Of a stretch of DNA of 64,000 nt, positions 28,039 to 37,900 are shown one piece after another. The stretch spans positions 192,001-256,000 of the forward strand of contig JBOEGF010000032.1 of assembly GCA_050633305.1 (NCBI GenBank). Direction: 5' to 3'. Position 1 is the stretch's first letter, and the number at the start of each line of letters is the position of its first letter. A program made the translations under genes and the position numbers. Below the pieces are notes generated by a model that was not told the origin of the DNA, did not search any database, and saw nothing but the letters and a program-made list of their open reading frames with translations. This DNA comes from Nannocystales bacterium. Its GTDB lineage: Bacteria > Myxococcota_A > Polyangia > Nannocystales > Nannocystaceae.

Positions 28039-28747
28039 GCAGAGCAACACACCGGGCCACGCTCCGCTTGTCAACGACAGACTGGTCCACGACGTCGGGT
28101 CCGAGTGACATCGCGATATCACGCGAGGATGTCGTCAGGTCGTACTACGGCGCCGCTCCCAGGGTCAGAGACCTTCGGGACGCCGAGGGTCCCAACACGC
28201 GGGGGCCAGCGTAGAGCGTTTGGGTCCCGCGGATCCGAGGCGGCGGGTACCGCGAGGATCTCCTCGCCGCGGCCGGCTCAACCGAACCGGTCCCGAAGAC
28301 GGCCAGCGCCGGTCACAACGGCGCGCCGACGGTTCGAGATGCATGGGATGGCTTTCTCCGCGGCGAAGCGTCTGCAGCGGTGACCTTCGGGGTGTTGACC
28401 GACCGTGGTCGTGGACACTCGCCTCACGAACGCCTCGGCCGACCGGTTGTGGCCAGCTCCGCGACCTCGCACCTTCGGCACCGAGTGGATGCATCGGCCC
28501 GACGCGAGCACAGTCTCCGAAGACCTGACCTCTACAGACATATCCCATCCAGCGGTCCTCCCACGGAGCATCTGTCGTCCCGCGCGATCAGAGAACCATC
28601 ATCGTGGCCACCAGGATGCCGACGAAGCGGGGACCGCGGTAGCCGAAGGTCGGCCCGTCGCGGATTGGCATCTACGAGCGTCATCAACGTCCCCGCGCTC
28701 ACACATTGAGCCCGGTCGCGACGGTGGGTCCCCGCTATGCTGCGGTT

Positions 28748-30112
28748 ATGGTCGCTCGCCCCCATGTCCTCGCACTCCTGTTGGGCCCTCTCGCGCTCGC
28801 CGGCGCATGTGGCGACAATGACTCTGACCAGGCCACAGCTGACACCCTGGACGAATCGGGCATCAACCTGACGTTTACGGGAACGGACACGGCGCAAGAC
28901 GACGACGGAGATGAGACCGAGGATCTCCTCGATGTGGGGGCTGACACCGACGGCCCGGATCCGACCGCTGGCGGAGACTGCCCCGGCGGCGGCGGGACGA
29001 CCAACGACGACGACGCCTACAGCATCATCTGGATCGCCAACTCTCCAGAGGGCACGGTCTCGAAGATCGACACCCGCACCGAGACCGAGCTTGCTCGCTA
29101 CTTGTCGGGACCCGCCCCCGGTGGAACCGACGACCCGTCGAGAACCTCGGTGAACCTCTCCGGAGACGTCGCGGTGACCAACCGGTCTGGGAGCGTCACG
29201 AAGATCGCGAGCGTCCCGGAGAACTGTGTCGACAGCAACGCAAACGGAGTCATCGACACCTCGAGCGGAGCCGACGACGTCAAGGCGTGGGGCGAAGACG
29301 AATGTGTCCTGTGGCATTTGCCGCTGGGTGGCGACGGCAACAACACCCACGGCCCGCGTCCGACCGCCTGGGATGGAGGCGCAGGCGCGTCGGGGGGCAA
29401 CTGCGCCGGCCCTGACGAGAACCTGTGGGTGGGCTTCTGGGATGCGGTCGGGAACAACGGAGAGTTCCGTCGCATCGACGGCAAGACAGGCGTCATCGTC
29501 GACAGCGTCTCGGTCCCGCTGTGGAACAGTGGCGGTACAGACTACGGACCGTATGGCGGCGCCGTCGACGGAGACGGCAACTTGTGGGCCATCGGCCTGT
29601 GGGAGAACCTGATCCGCATCGACGCGCAAACCCTGGAGGTCCAGCGCTGGTCGGTGCCCGAGGGCGCCGAGCCGTACGGCATCGCGATCGATGCTCAGGG
29701 CCGTCCGTGGACCGCGGGGTGGTCCGGGATGATCACCCGCTTCGATCCCGCGACGGCACAGTTCGAGACTATCGTGACCAGCAACGGTCGGCGCATGCGA
29801 GGCCTCCAAGTCGACCGGGACGGCACCGTGTGGATCGCGGCCAACAACCCCTGCGGCGCCATCTCCGTGGACGTCGACAGCATGGCGATCATCGACGAGA
29901 ACATCGCCTTGCCGGAATGCGTCGGGCCCGTCGGCGTCAGCATCGATGTCGACGGCAGCGTCTGGCTACCGGATCGAGAAGGCAACAAGGCCTACAAGCT
30001 CAACCCCACCACGCTCCAGTCGACCACGATCACGGGTCTCGTCGGGCCCTACACCTACTCCGACATGACCGGCGCAGGGTTGGGCCTGGTCGTCGACCCC
30101 CCCGTCGGCTGA
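28748..30112 (+). CDS. Lipoprotein with Vgb-lyase-like beta-propeller
   Basis: Lipobox AGAC, acidic linker, IWIANSPEGTVSKIDT, SRTSVN, repeated xDxxGxxW blades and PYTYSDMTG. Confidence 0.8.
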   Translation: MVARPHVLALLLGPLALAGACGDNDSDQATADTLDESGINLTFTGTDTAQDDDGDETEDLLDVGADTDGPDPTAGGDCPGGGGTTNDDDAYSIIWIANSPEGTVSKIDTRTETELARYLSGPAPGGTDDPSRTSVNLSGDVAVTNRSGSVTKIASVPENCVDSNANGVIDTSSGADDVKAWGEDECVLWHLPLGGDGNNTHGPRPTAWDGGAGASGGNCAGPDENLWVGFWDAVGNNGEFRRIDGKTGVIVDSVSVPLWNSGGTDYGPYGGAVDGDGNLWAIGLWENLIRIDAQTLEVQRWSVPEGAEPYGIAIDAQGRPWTAGWSGMITRFDPATAQFETIVTSNGRRMRGLQVDRDGTVWIAANNPCGAISVDVDSMAIIDENIALPECVGPVGVSIDVDGSVWLPDREGNKAYKLNPTTLQSTTITGLVGPYTYSDMTGAGLGLVVDPPVG

Positions 30113-30142
30113 CGGTTGGCGCTGCGCGAGCGCAGTATCCTG

Positions 30143-30934
30143 CTATCGCGTTGCCAGAGCGAGGCTCTGCTCGACCGAGCCGACCTCTCCGCTCGCATCG
30201 AAGAGGCTGCCCTGGTTCATTCCGATGCCGCACGCGTGCCCCTGTGCACGAGCGCGTAGACCGATCCACTCCCCCTCGAAGGGTCGGAACAGGCGCACGT
30301 TGAGGTCCGCGTTCACAAAGATGTACTCCAACGCCGGCAGAGCGGTGCAGATGCCATTTTGCGCATCGGCGATGAGCGCTACGGACTCCACGCACGAGGT
30401 CCGACGGCCTGCGACGAGCGGCACTCGGGGGCGGGCCCAGATCGCGACCGGGCCCGCCGCGTTCCATGTTCCCTCGACGTGCCGGACCTCGACCCCCTGG
30501 AAGTAGCCGACCGGGTGCGGATACGGGAACGGGAGCGTGGGCGCGTCGTTCGGTGGCGGCGGTGTCGGCCGAGGCTCGCAATGCGGCTCGGGCACCCGCA
30601 GTGGCGCGAGCGCGATCCGCATTCCCGTCGCCACCGCTACGCACTCTCCTTCACACCGCATCGTCGCGCGGACCCAGTCGACACGTCGGCCGCCTCGAAC
30701 CGGCTCGATGTCGACCTTCACCACCCCGATCGGCACCGGCCGGAGCAGCTCCACGGTGGTCCGGACCAGCAACCGCGTGTCGGCGTTGTCGCCATACGAG
30801 GCCATCGCTCCGGCCAACAGGGCCGCCGGCGGCCCGCCATGCTGAAACCCCGCGGCCCACGGTCCCTGGGTCAGCGCGGTCGCTTCGTATCCGTCGTCGG
30901 TCGGTGTGTAGAACGCTTCCGGAAGGGAGCCCAT
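30143..30934 (-). CDS. Acyl-CoA thioesterase-like (double hotdog) protein
   Basis: GPWAAGFQHGGPPAALL, VELLRPVP, LIADAQNG and FVNADL. Confidence 0.85.
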   Translation of the reverse strand: MGSLPEAFYTPTDDGYEATALTQGPWAAGFQHGGPPAALLAGAMASYGDNADTRLLVRTTVELLRPVPIGVVKVDIEPVRGGRRVDWVRATMRCEGECVAVATGMRIALAPLRVPEPHCEPRPTPPPPNDAPTLPFPYPHPVGYFQGVEVRHVEGTWNAAGPVAIWARPRVPLVAGRRTSCVESVALIADAQNGICTALPALEYIFVNADLNVRLFRPFEGEWIGLRARAQGHACGIGMNQGSLFDASGEVGSVEQSLALATR

Positions 30935-30951
30935 GGCTCGTCGTTACCACC

Positions 30952-32091
30952 TCAGGCTGCGATCGCAGGTCCCGTCCACGCAGTGGGAGCCTGCACGGAC
31001 AGACCGAGCAGACAGCGCAACGCCTGCACACAGCGAGGTGCGGCGTGCCCGTCTCCGTACGGGTTGCAGCGTGGCTGAGCACGGCGCAGAGCAGCGTCGT
31101 CGTACAACCAACGACGCGCGCTTCGCTCGATCTGGTCCGACTGCCACCCGACCAACTTCGCCCATCCATGCTCGAGAGCCTCGGGCCGTTCTGTCGTGCG
31201 GCGGGTGACCAACACCGGCACCCCGACGCTCGGGGCCTCCTCTTGAATGCCTCCGGAGTCGGTGATGGCAAACCGGCACCGCCGCAGCAGCCACAGCAGC
31301 TCGCCGTGATCCAGCGGGGGCAGCCGTCGCACGTTTCTTGCGGCCAGCAACGGTCCAACGAGAGGATCGAGGGCTGGGTTGGGATGCGCAGGCATCACGA
31401 TCTCCACCTCGGGCGCCGCGCGAGCGAAGGCGGCGACAGCCTTGATGACTTCGGTGGCCCCAGCGGGAAAGCTCTCCCGTCGATGATGGGTGAACAGGAC
31501 GCGGGTCCGAGGAGTCTCCAACCCGCGCAGGCGGTCGGTGGGCGAGGCATCCAGAGGCAGGCTCGCCAGCGTGTGGTGAACCGCATCCACGATGGTGTTG
31601 CCTGTCACGACAACCCGGTGACGAGGGACTCCTTCTTCGTACAGGTTCGTGGCGGCCCGCGGCGTCGGCGCAAGATGGAGCGTCGCGAGCTCGGCGACGC
31701 GGACCCGATGCGACTCCTCGGGCCACGGATGCTCGAGGGATCCGCTGCGCAGGCCCGCCTCGAGGTGCGCGAACGGGACTCCGACTTCATCGCTCGCCTC
31801 GGCGGCGGCCACGACCGATCCGGTATCGCCCTGGGCGAGCACCGCGTCGGGACGATGCTCGCCCAGGGCCGCCATGACCCGCTCGCGGAGCGCGGAAGAC
31901 TCGGCCCCCTGTGCCGGCCCGTCGGGCGGAAGGACCCCCAGCGCGGCGGCGTGGGGAGCCACCAAACCGGCGTGCTGTCCGGTCCACATCACGCGGAACT
32001 CGAGGTCCGCCGCGCCTGCAGCCGCGCGGATCACCGGGGCCAGTTTGACCGCCTCCGGTCGCGTGCCGACCACCACCAACACCCGCTTCAC
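30952..32091 (-). CDS. wecB: UDP-N-acetylglucosamine 2-epimerase (non-hydrolysing)
   Basis: GTRPEAVKLAP, TGQH, QGDT, HLEAGLRS, PWPEE, HRRES, TDSGGIQEEA, TERPE and NPYGDG. Confidence 0.94.
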   Translation of the reverse strand: MKRVLVVVGTRPEAVKLAPVIRAAAGAADLEFRVMWTGQHAGLVAPHAAALGVLPPDGPAQGAESSALRERVMAALGEHRPDAVLAQGDTGSVVAAAEASDEVGVPFAHLEAGLRSGSLEHPWPEESHRVRVAELATLHLAPTPRAATNLYEEGVPRHRVVVTGNTIVDAVHHTLASLPLDASPTDRLRGLETPRTRVLFTHHRRESFPAGATEVIKAVAAFARAAPEVEIVMPAHPNPALDPLVGPLLAARNVRRLPPLDHGELLWLLRRCRFAITDSGGIQEEAPSVGVPVLVTRRTTERPEALEHGWAKLVGWQSDQIERSARRWLYDDAALRRAQPRCNPYGDGHAAPRCVQALRCLLGLSVQAPTAWTGPAIAA

Positions 32092-32158
32092 CCGCCCAGC
32101 GTATCAACGAATTGCCGGCGCTTCGCATGGCAGTGGCGTCGAAGGTAGGGTTCCGCAG

Positions 32159-34825
32159 ATGCGCGCACGCTCCGTCACGCTTCTGACCGCCACCCTCGTG
32201 GCTTCGGCGTGCGGCGATGGCCCTGAGCAGTCGCCGGCCAAGCCGACGGTCGCCGCGCCTTCAGCGGACTCCGCCTGCGACGAGCCCGCCCCCGCCCTGG
32301 CCTGGACCCTCGAACCCCGTTCGGATGGTTCACTCGCCCTGAGCGTCGACCGGTCAACCTTCTTGGTGCTTCGACACGGTGCGCTGCGGGCCGCGGGAAG
32401 CAACGCCAAGCCTTCGGTTCGCAAGCTCCCCTCCGAAGCGGACACCCTCGCCTTCGAGGTCACGTTCGAGTCCCTCCCGGTCGTGATCCGAGGGCTCGCG
32501 AGCCTCCCCACGCCGTCCCAAGTCCGCCTCGAATACACGTTCGAGGCCCGGCAAGCGTTGCGAGATGTGCTGGGTGTCGGCCTTCAGGTCGACCTCGACG
32601 CGCAGACCTGGTCGCTCCCCACCGACGCGCTGGAGATCATCGAGGGACGAGACCTCCGGGTCTCGAGTCCCGCCCTCGGCCAGGTGGAGGTCGCCTTTGA
32701 TCGCGACGGAGCGGTTCCTCGCACCGCCCGCGATCACACTCGCCCGACCCGGGTTCGCTCGGCCTGGCTCGCTGGCGATAGCCCGGCGGGTACCACAACC
32801 GCGGCGGTCACCCTCACGGTCCCTGGGACACTCGCCCTGCAGCCTCCGCTCGCCGCACGGTACGGCCCCCGAAACCTTGCGCAGTGGCACCGCGACGCCT
32901 TGGTTCACGACGATTGGCCCGTCGACCTCAGCCACCTCAATGCCGCACACGGCCGTGCCGGAAGCCACGGCCCCGTGCGCGTCGACGGAGAGAGCCTGCG
33001 CTTCGAGGATGGAACAGAGGCGAGATTTTGGGGCACCAACCTCGCAGCATCCGCGCTGTTCAAGGCCGACGACGCAACGATCATTCGCGAGGCCAAACGG
33101 CTCTGTGCCCTCGGCTACAACCTCGTCCGGCTCCACCACCACGATGCAGCGTGGACGGATCGCAACGTCTTCGACACCTCCGAAGGCAACACCCAGAAGC
33201 TCGACGCCAAAGCGTTGGACCGCCTCGATTTTTGGATCGACACCCTGGCCTCCGAGGGCATCTATGTCTGGCTCGACCTGCACACCGGGCGCAGTTTCCT
33301 ACCTGGGGATGCGATCCCCGGATATGCCGACATGCTCTCGGGTCCCCACCCCAAGCAGGCACGAGGCTTCCAGTACATCAACCCACGGGTCGGAGCCCTG
33401 CTCGAAGGATTCGCGGAGTCGTATCTCCGCCGCAAGAACCCCTACACGGGACGTCCTTGGGCGCAGGAACCCGCGGTGGTCGGCCTCCTTCTCACCAATG
33501 AAAACGACCTGACGCATCATTTTGGTGTCGCATTTCGTCCAGAGACCGGCCGCGAGACCCACATCGCGCTGTTCGACGCGCTCGCGAAGGACATCACCGC
33601 CGAGCTCGGTCTCCCCAGGGACGCAGTGCGCAGCGTCCATCGACCTGGCCCAGGGAAAGTCCTGCTCGCTGAGATGCAACATCGTTGGGACGCACGCGCC
33701 CTAGCCCACCTACGCGGGCTTGGGGCCACGGCGCCCGCGGTGACTACGAATTTCTGGGGCTACGAGTCCTTGCTCAGCCTCCCGCCACTGGCCTCGGGGG
33801 ACATGCTCGATGCCCACAGCTACGGAAAAACGGAAGCGCTGAGCAAGAACCCGCACCGCACAGCGCACTGGCTGCACCACATCGCGGCGGCCCAGGTCTC
33901 GGGCAAACCGCTGACCGTGACCGAGTGGGCCGTCCCCAAACCGGCCGCCGATCGACACAGCGCGGGACTGTGGATCGCGGCGTTGGGCGGTCTTCAAGGT
34001 TGGGATGCCCTGCTGGCGTACAACTACGCCCAAACCCCCCTGGCTTCGGCCCCCACTCGTCAGACCCAGTGGGACCAGCGTGTCGATCCGGCGCAGCTGG
34101 GCCTGGCGCCCACCGCCGCGTTGATGTTCCGCCGGGGCGACATCGCCCTCGCGCGGACAACCACCGCGCTCGTGCCGTCGCTCGACGCCGTCTACGGTGC
34201 GCACACCAGCCCGAAACGTCAGGCTTCGCTGAGGACCGCGGCCGAGCAGACGCGGATGGTCATCGTGTTGCCCGACCATCCGCAACTCGACTGGGACACG
34301 GCAGGCACCGTGCCAAGCGGCGCCACCGTAGTCACCGACCTCGACGAAGACTTGCTCGATCCGTCCGCCACCTCGATCCGTTCGGACACCGGAGAGCTGG
34401 AACGAGACTGGACCCAAGGCGTTCTTCGCATCGACAGCCCACGAGTCCAGGCAGCGTCCGGATGGCTCGGCGGCAAGACCATCACCCTCGGAGACCTTCG
34501 GGTTCGGGTCGAGACCCCCACGGCAACCGTGTCGGCGATCTCCCTGGACGACGCCCCCCTCGCCGGAAGCCGGCGAATCCTCGTGACCGCGGTCGGCCGG
34601 GCCGAACCGCAGCCGGATGGGCACGTGCGGAGCGAGCCGATCTCCGGTGAGATCGCGCTTCGCACGCAGTCCAACGTGAAGATCGCGGCCCTGGGGGCCC
34701 GATCCCGAGCGTGGGATATCCCCGAGGACGCCGAAGCCATCCCCGGGACGCGGGAGGGCGCCTGGGTGCGCCTTCCCCTTCCCGATGCGCCCACGCACTG
34801 GTTCATCCTTGTTTTGGGCCCCTAA
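32159..34825 (+). CDS. Lipoprotein glycoside hydrolase, clan GH-A (GH5-like)
   Basis: Lipobox ASAC, RFWGTNL, GYNLVRLHH, GIYVWLDLH, acid/base TNEND and nucleophile VTEW. Confidence 0.8.
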   Translation: MRARSVTLLTATLVASACGDGPEQSPAKPTVAAPSADSACDEPAPALAWTLEPRSDGSLALSVDRSTFLVLRHGALRAAGSNAKPSVRKLPSEADTLAFEVTFESLPVVIRGLASLPTPSQVRLEYTFEARQALRDVLGVGLQVDLDAQTWSLPTDALEIIEGRDLRVSSPALGQVEVAFDRDGAVPRTARDHTRPTRVRSAWLAGDSPAGTTTAAVTLTVPGTLALQPPLAARYGPRNLAQWHRDALVHDDWPVDLSHLNAAHGRAGSHGPVRVDGESLRFEDGTEARFWGTNLAASALFKADDATIIREAKRLCALGYNLVRLHHHDAAWTDRNVFDTSEGNTQKLDAKALDRLDFWIDTLASEGIYVWLDLHTGRSFLPGDAIPGYADMLSGPHPKQARGFQYINPRVGALLEGFAESYLRRKNPYTGRPWAQEPAVVGLLLTNENDLTHHFGVAFRPETGRETHIALFDALAKDITAELGLPRDAVRSVHRPGPGKVLLAEMQHRWDARALAHLRGLGATAPAVTTNFWGYESLLSLPPLASGDMLDAHSYGKTEALSKNPHRTAHWLHHIAAAQVSGKPLTVTEWAVPKPAADRHSAGLWIAALGGLQGWDALLAYNYAQTPLASAPTRQTQWDQRVDPAQLGLAPTAALMFRRGDIALARTTTALVPSLDAVYGAHTSPKRQASLRTAAEQTRMVIVLPDHPQLDWDTAGTVPSGATVVTDLDEDLLDPSATSIRSDTGELERDWTQGVLRIDSPRVQAASGWLGGKTITLGDLRVRVETPTATVSAISLDDAPLAGSRRILVTAVGRAEPQPDGHVRSEPISGEIALRTQSNVKIAALGARSRAWDIPEDAEAIPGTREGAWVRLPLPDAPTHWFILVLGP

Positions 34826-34831
34826 CGCACC

Positions 34832-34884
34832 GACCGGTTTGAATTCGGCCTGCAACGCACGCCTCTGGCCGTTTCAAACCGATC
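34832..34884 (+). other. Long imperfect hairpin between the glycoside hydrolase and kinase genes
   Basis: GACCGGTTTGAATTCGGCC ... GGCCGTTTCAAACCGATC, about 18-bp imperfect stem. Confidence 0.6.
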
Positions 34885-34944
34885 GCCGCTCTAGCCGATC
34901 TTGTGGTCGTCCTTTGCTTGGAAGCGGCGGGTGTACGACATAGA

Positions 34945-37900
34945 ATGGCGGGGTCGTACCCCCCCACTGGGCACGGCGGACGAGAGCAACGCGTGTCTGA
35001 CGAGCGGGCAGCCTTCGCAGGACAGATCACCGACCTCCCGGTGGTGGAACTCCTACGAACCATCTCCAATGGGAAAAAGACGGGAGTCGCCCGTTTTGAG
35101 ACGAACCTCGGCACGGCGACCGTGTGGTTTCGAGAGGGCACCCTCGTCGACGCCGACATGGGGCGGTTCCACATGGGCGACGCGGTCCGGCGACTGATCG
35201 CGACGGATGCAGGCTCGTTCGAGGTTGAGTTCAAGCCCGTCACCCGCCGCCGATTGATCCAAGAGAACACCTCGGATCTCCTCGCGCATACACCCCAGCC
35301 CGCGTCCAAACCCACAGCGAAACCCGCCCCCGCGACGGGGTCTAAGCGGGAGTCCAAGCCCAAGCTTCCGCCCTTGGCCGACGATGCCCGCACTGGGCCG
35401 AGACCTCGGACACGCGCCGCCGCGGGATGGAAACCGACCGCCGGTGGCACGGGTCGCGATGGTGGCGCGGGAGCGGCGTCGCCCGACATGCTGCGCCGCC
35501 TCGAGGCGCTCCGGCGGGCGGCCGATCGTCAGCCACCTCGCCCGGACGTCCTGAACACGACCGCGGCATTGGGGACCCGGAGCCCCGTGAAGTCCGAACC
35601 GACCGGGCGCTCCACGGGCGAGACCCCCCAAGCCGGCCTCGAAGCGCTCAACCGCCTCGCGCAGAAAGCTGCCAAGACCCAGGCAGATCCAGCGAGTTCA
35701 GCCACATCGCCCAACGCGCCGGAGCCCAAGGCTCCGCGGACGGAGCAGAACGGTCCCCCCGAGGCGGAGCGCCAAACAGATCGCGCCCAAGGCCGCGGCG
35801 GCCGCCTCGACGCCGTCCCCCCGGCCACACCGCACGCCACCCCGGCCACGCCGCCTCAGCCGATCGAAGTTGAGAGCGAGCTGGATCTCGAGATGGCCAC
35901 GCGAGCGGTTCAGGCACCCCAAGCACCCCAGGCGACCCCCGCCCCCGCGGCGGCCCCATCCACGCCGAGCCAGCCGGAGCCGGCCCCGCCTCCCCCCGCG
36001 ACGCCGCGCGAAGCCGTGACCGCGCGGCCGGGACGAAGTCGGGGTCCACGGCCGACCGCGGCGATCGAGTCCCGTCGAGCCAAACGAACCTCGTCCGGCA
36101 TTCCCGCGCAGTCAAGCGCTCGCACCGGCGAGACCACGACCCCCGGCCGGACCAAGAAGGACGCCAACGGTTGGACCTTCGTCGATCCCAACCTCGCGAA
36201 AGAGGCCCAGGTCGAAGAGGACCACCGGGCCGACCAGACGATGATGCGGATGGGTCCGCTTCAGCTCCCGCAGGCCGCGAGCAAACGTCCGGGCGGAAAG
36301 CGGAAGCCCCCACGCGCGCAACCGGCGAATCGCCAGGCACACCCGACCCGGGTCGATCCATCGGAGGACCTGAGCGACCCGCTGCCCATCGGGACATCCT
36401 GGTCTGCACCAGCACACGTCGCAGCACCGCGCAGCAAGCCGATCGACAGCGAGCGCAACGACTCCGCTGGCGGTGAGATCGGAAAGGGCAGCCGACCCAG
36501 CGCCGGAAAGACCGTCGTCGCGTTCGCCCCGGATGCGCCGTCCAACCCGGATCCCGGCGGCACCATGACCCACGGGTTCCGTCCGATCACCGACGCCGAG
36601 GGTCCCGACGGCCAGGTACCCGGGCCCAACGCCGCAGGGCTCGCCCCTCGCAGTCCTGCGGCCCCCAAGCGAAAGCCCAGCGGGACGACGCCGCCAGGAG
36701 ACGCGACGAGTGCCGGCGGTGGCGCGCAGGTGGGCCGCTACGAGGTCCTGCTGCGGATCGCCCGAGGCGGCATGGGCACCGTCTACCTGTGCCAGGTCAC
36801 CGGCACCGGGGGCTTCCGCCGCCTCTTCGCACTGAAGGTCATTCGCGACCATCTCAGTCGCAACGAAGAGTACGTGCGGATGCTGCTCCAAGAAGCACGC
36901 ATCGCCTCCCGGCTGCACCACCCCAACGTCGTCGGCATCGTCGACATCGGCAACCTCGCCAACCAGCACTACCTGGTGATGGACTACGTCGAGGGCTGCA
37001 CGCTCTCCGAGCTCCTCAAGGTTCACCGCAAGACACGACCTCCACACCTCATCATTCCAATCGTTCTCGATGCGCTCACGGGTCTACACGCAGCGCACTC
37101 GCTGACCGATGACGATGGCTCCCCGCTCACCCTCGTGCACTGCGACTTCTCTCCGCAGAACATGCTCGTGGGCACCAACGGGATCTGCCAGATCACCGAC
37201 TTCGGGATCGCGCGGGCCTCCAACGCGCTCCCCGAGCGGTCAAGCATCACCCGCGGCAAGCCGGCCTACCTCGCGCCGGAGCAGATCACGGGGCGGCCAT
37301 TCGATCATCGGGCCGACATCTTCGCGTCGGGTGTCGTGCTGTGGAACGCCCTCACCGGGGAGCAACTCTTCAAGGGCGACACGCCCGAGGAGGTGCTCGA
37401 CAAGGTGCTCAACATGCAGATCCCCGCGCCGAGCACGGTGGGCCTGCGCCCACCCAAGAAGCTGGACAAGGTCGTACTGCGCGCCCTTGAGCGCGACCCT
37501 GCCCGGCGCTACCAGAGCGCCGAGGAGATGCTGATCGAGCTCCGCAAAGTCGCGATCGGCAGCGACCTGCTCGCCCCGTCCAGCGAGGTGGCGCAGTGGG
37601 TCGCGGACACGTTCGGTGCCCAGCTCGAGCTTCGGCGCCAAGCGGCGGGGCTCTCCCCCAACAACACCGCGTCGGCAAAGCAACCCGCTGCACCCGCAGA
37701 GGTGACCGCGCTCGCCCTGCGAGACGACGCACCGGGGGCGGACGACTCCGCCACGCATGCGTTGCTCTCGCACCAAGGCCCGGCCTCCGATGCGTCGAAC
37801 ACGATGATGCTGCAGTCGGGCAAGGCCCCTGCTGCCGCTCCGACGGAACGGGCGAGCGATGCGGTGCTCGGCGACCGCGCGCGAAAGATCGTCATTGGGA

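Noticed and set aside
31649..32158. N-terminal extensions of track ORFs (also 9896-10261, 26052-26657 and 52200-52763)
   Set aside because: They overlap other real genes; signal peptides or domains begin at the downstream starts I used.
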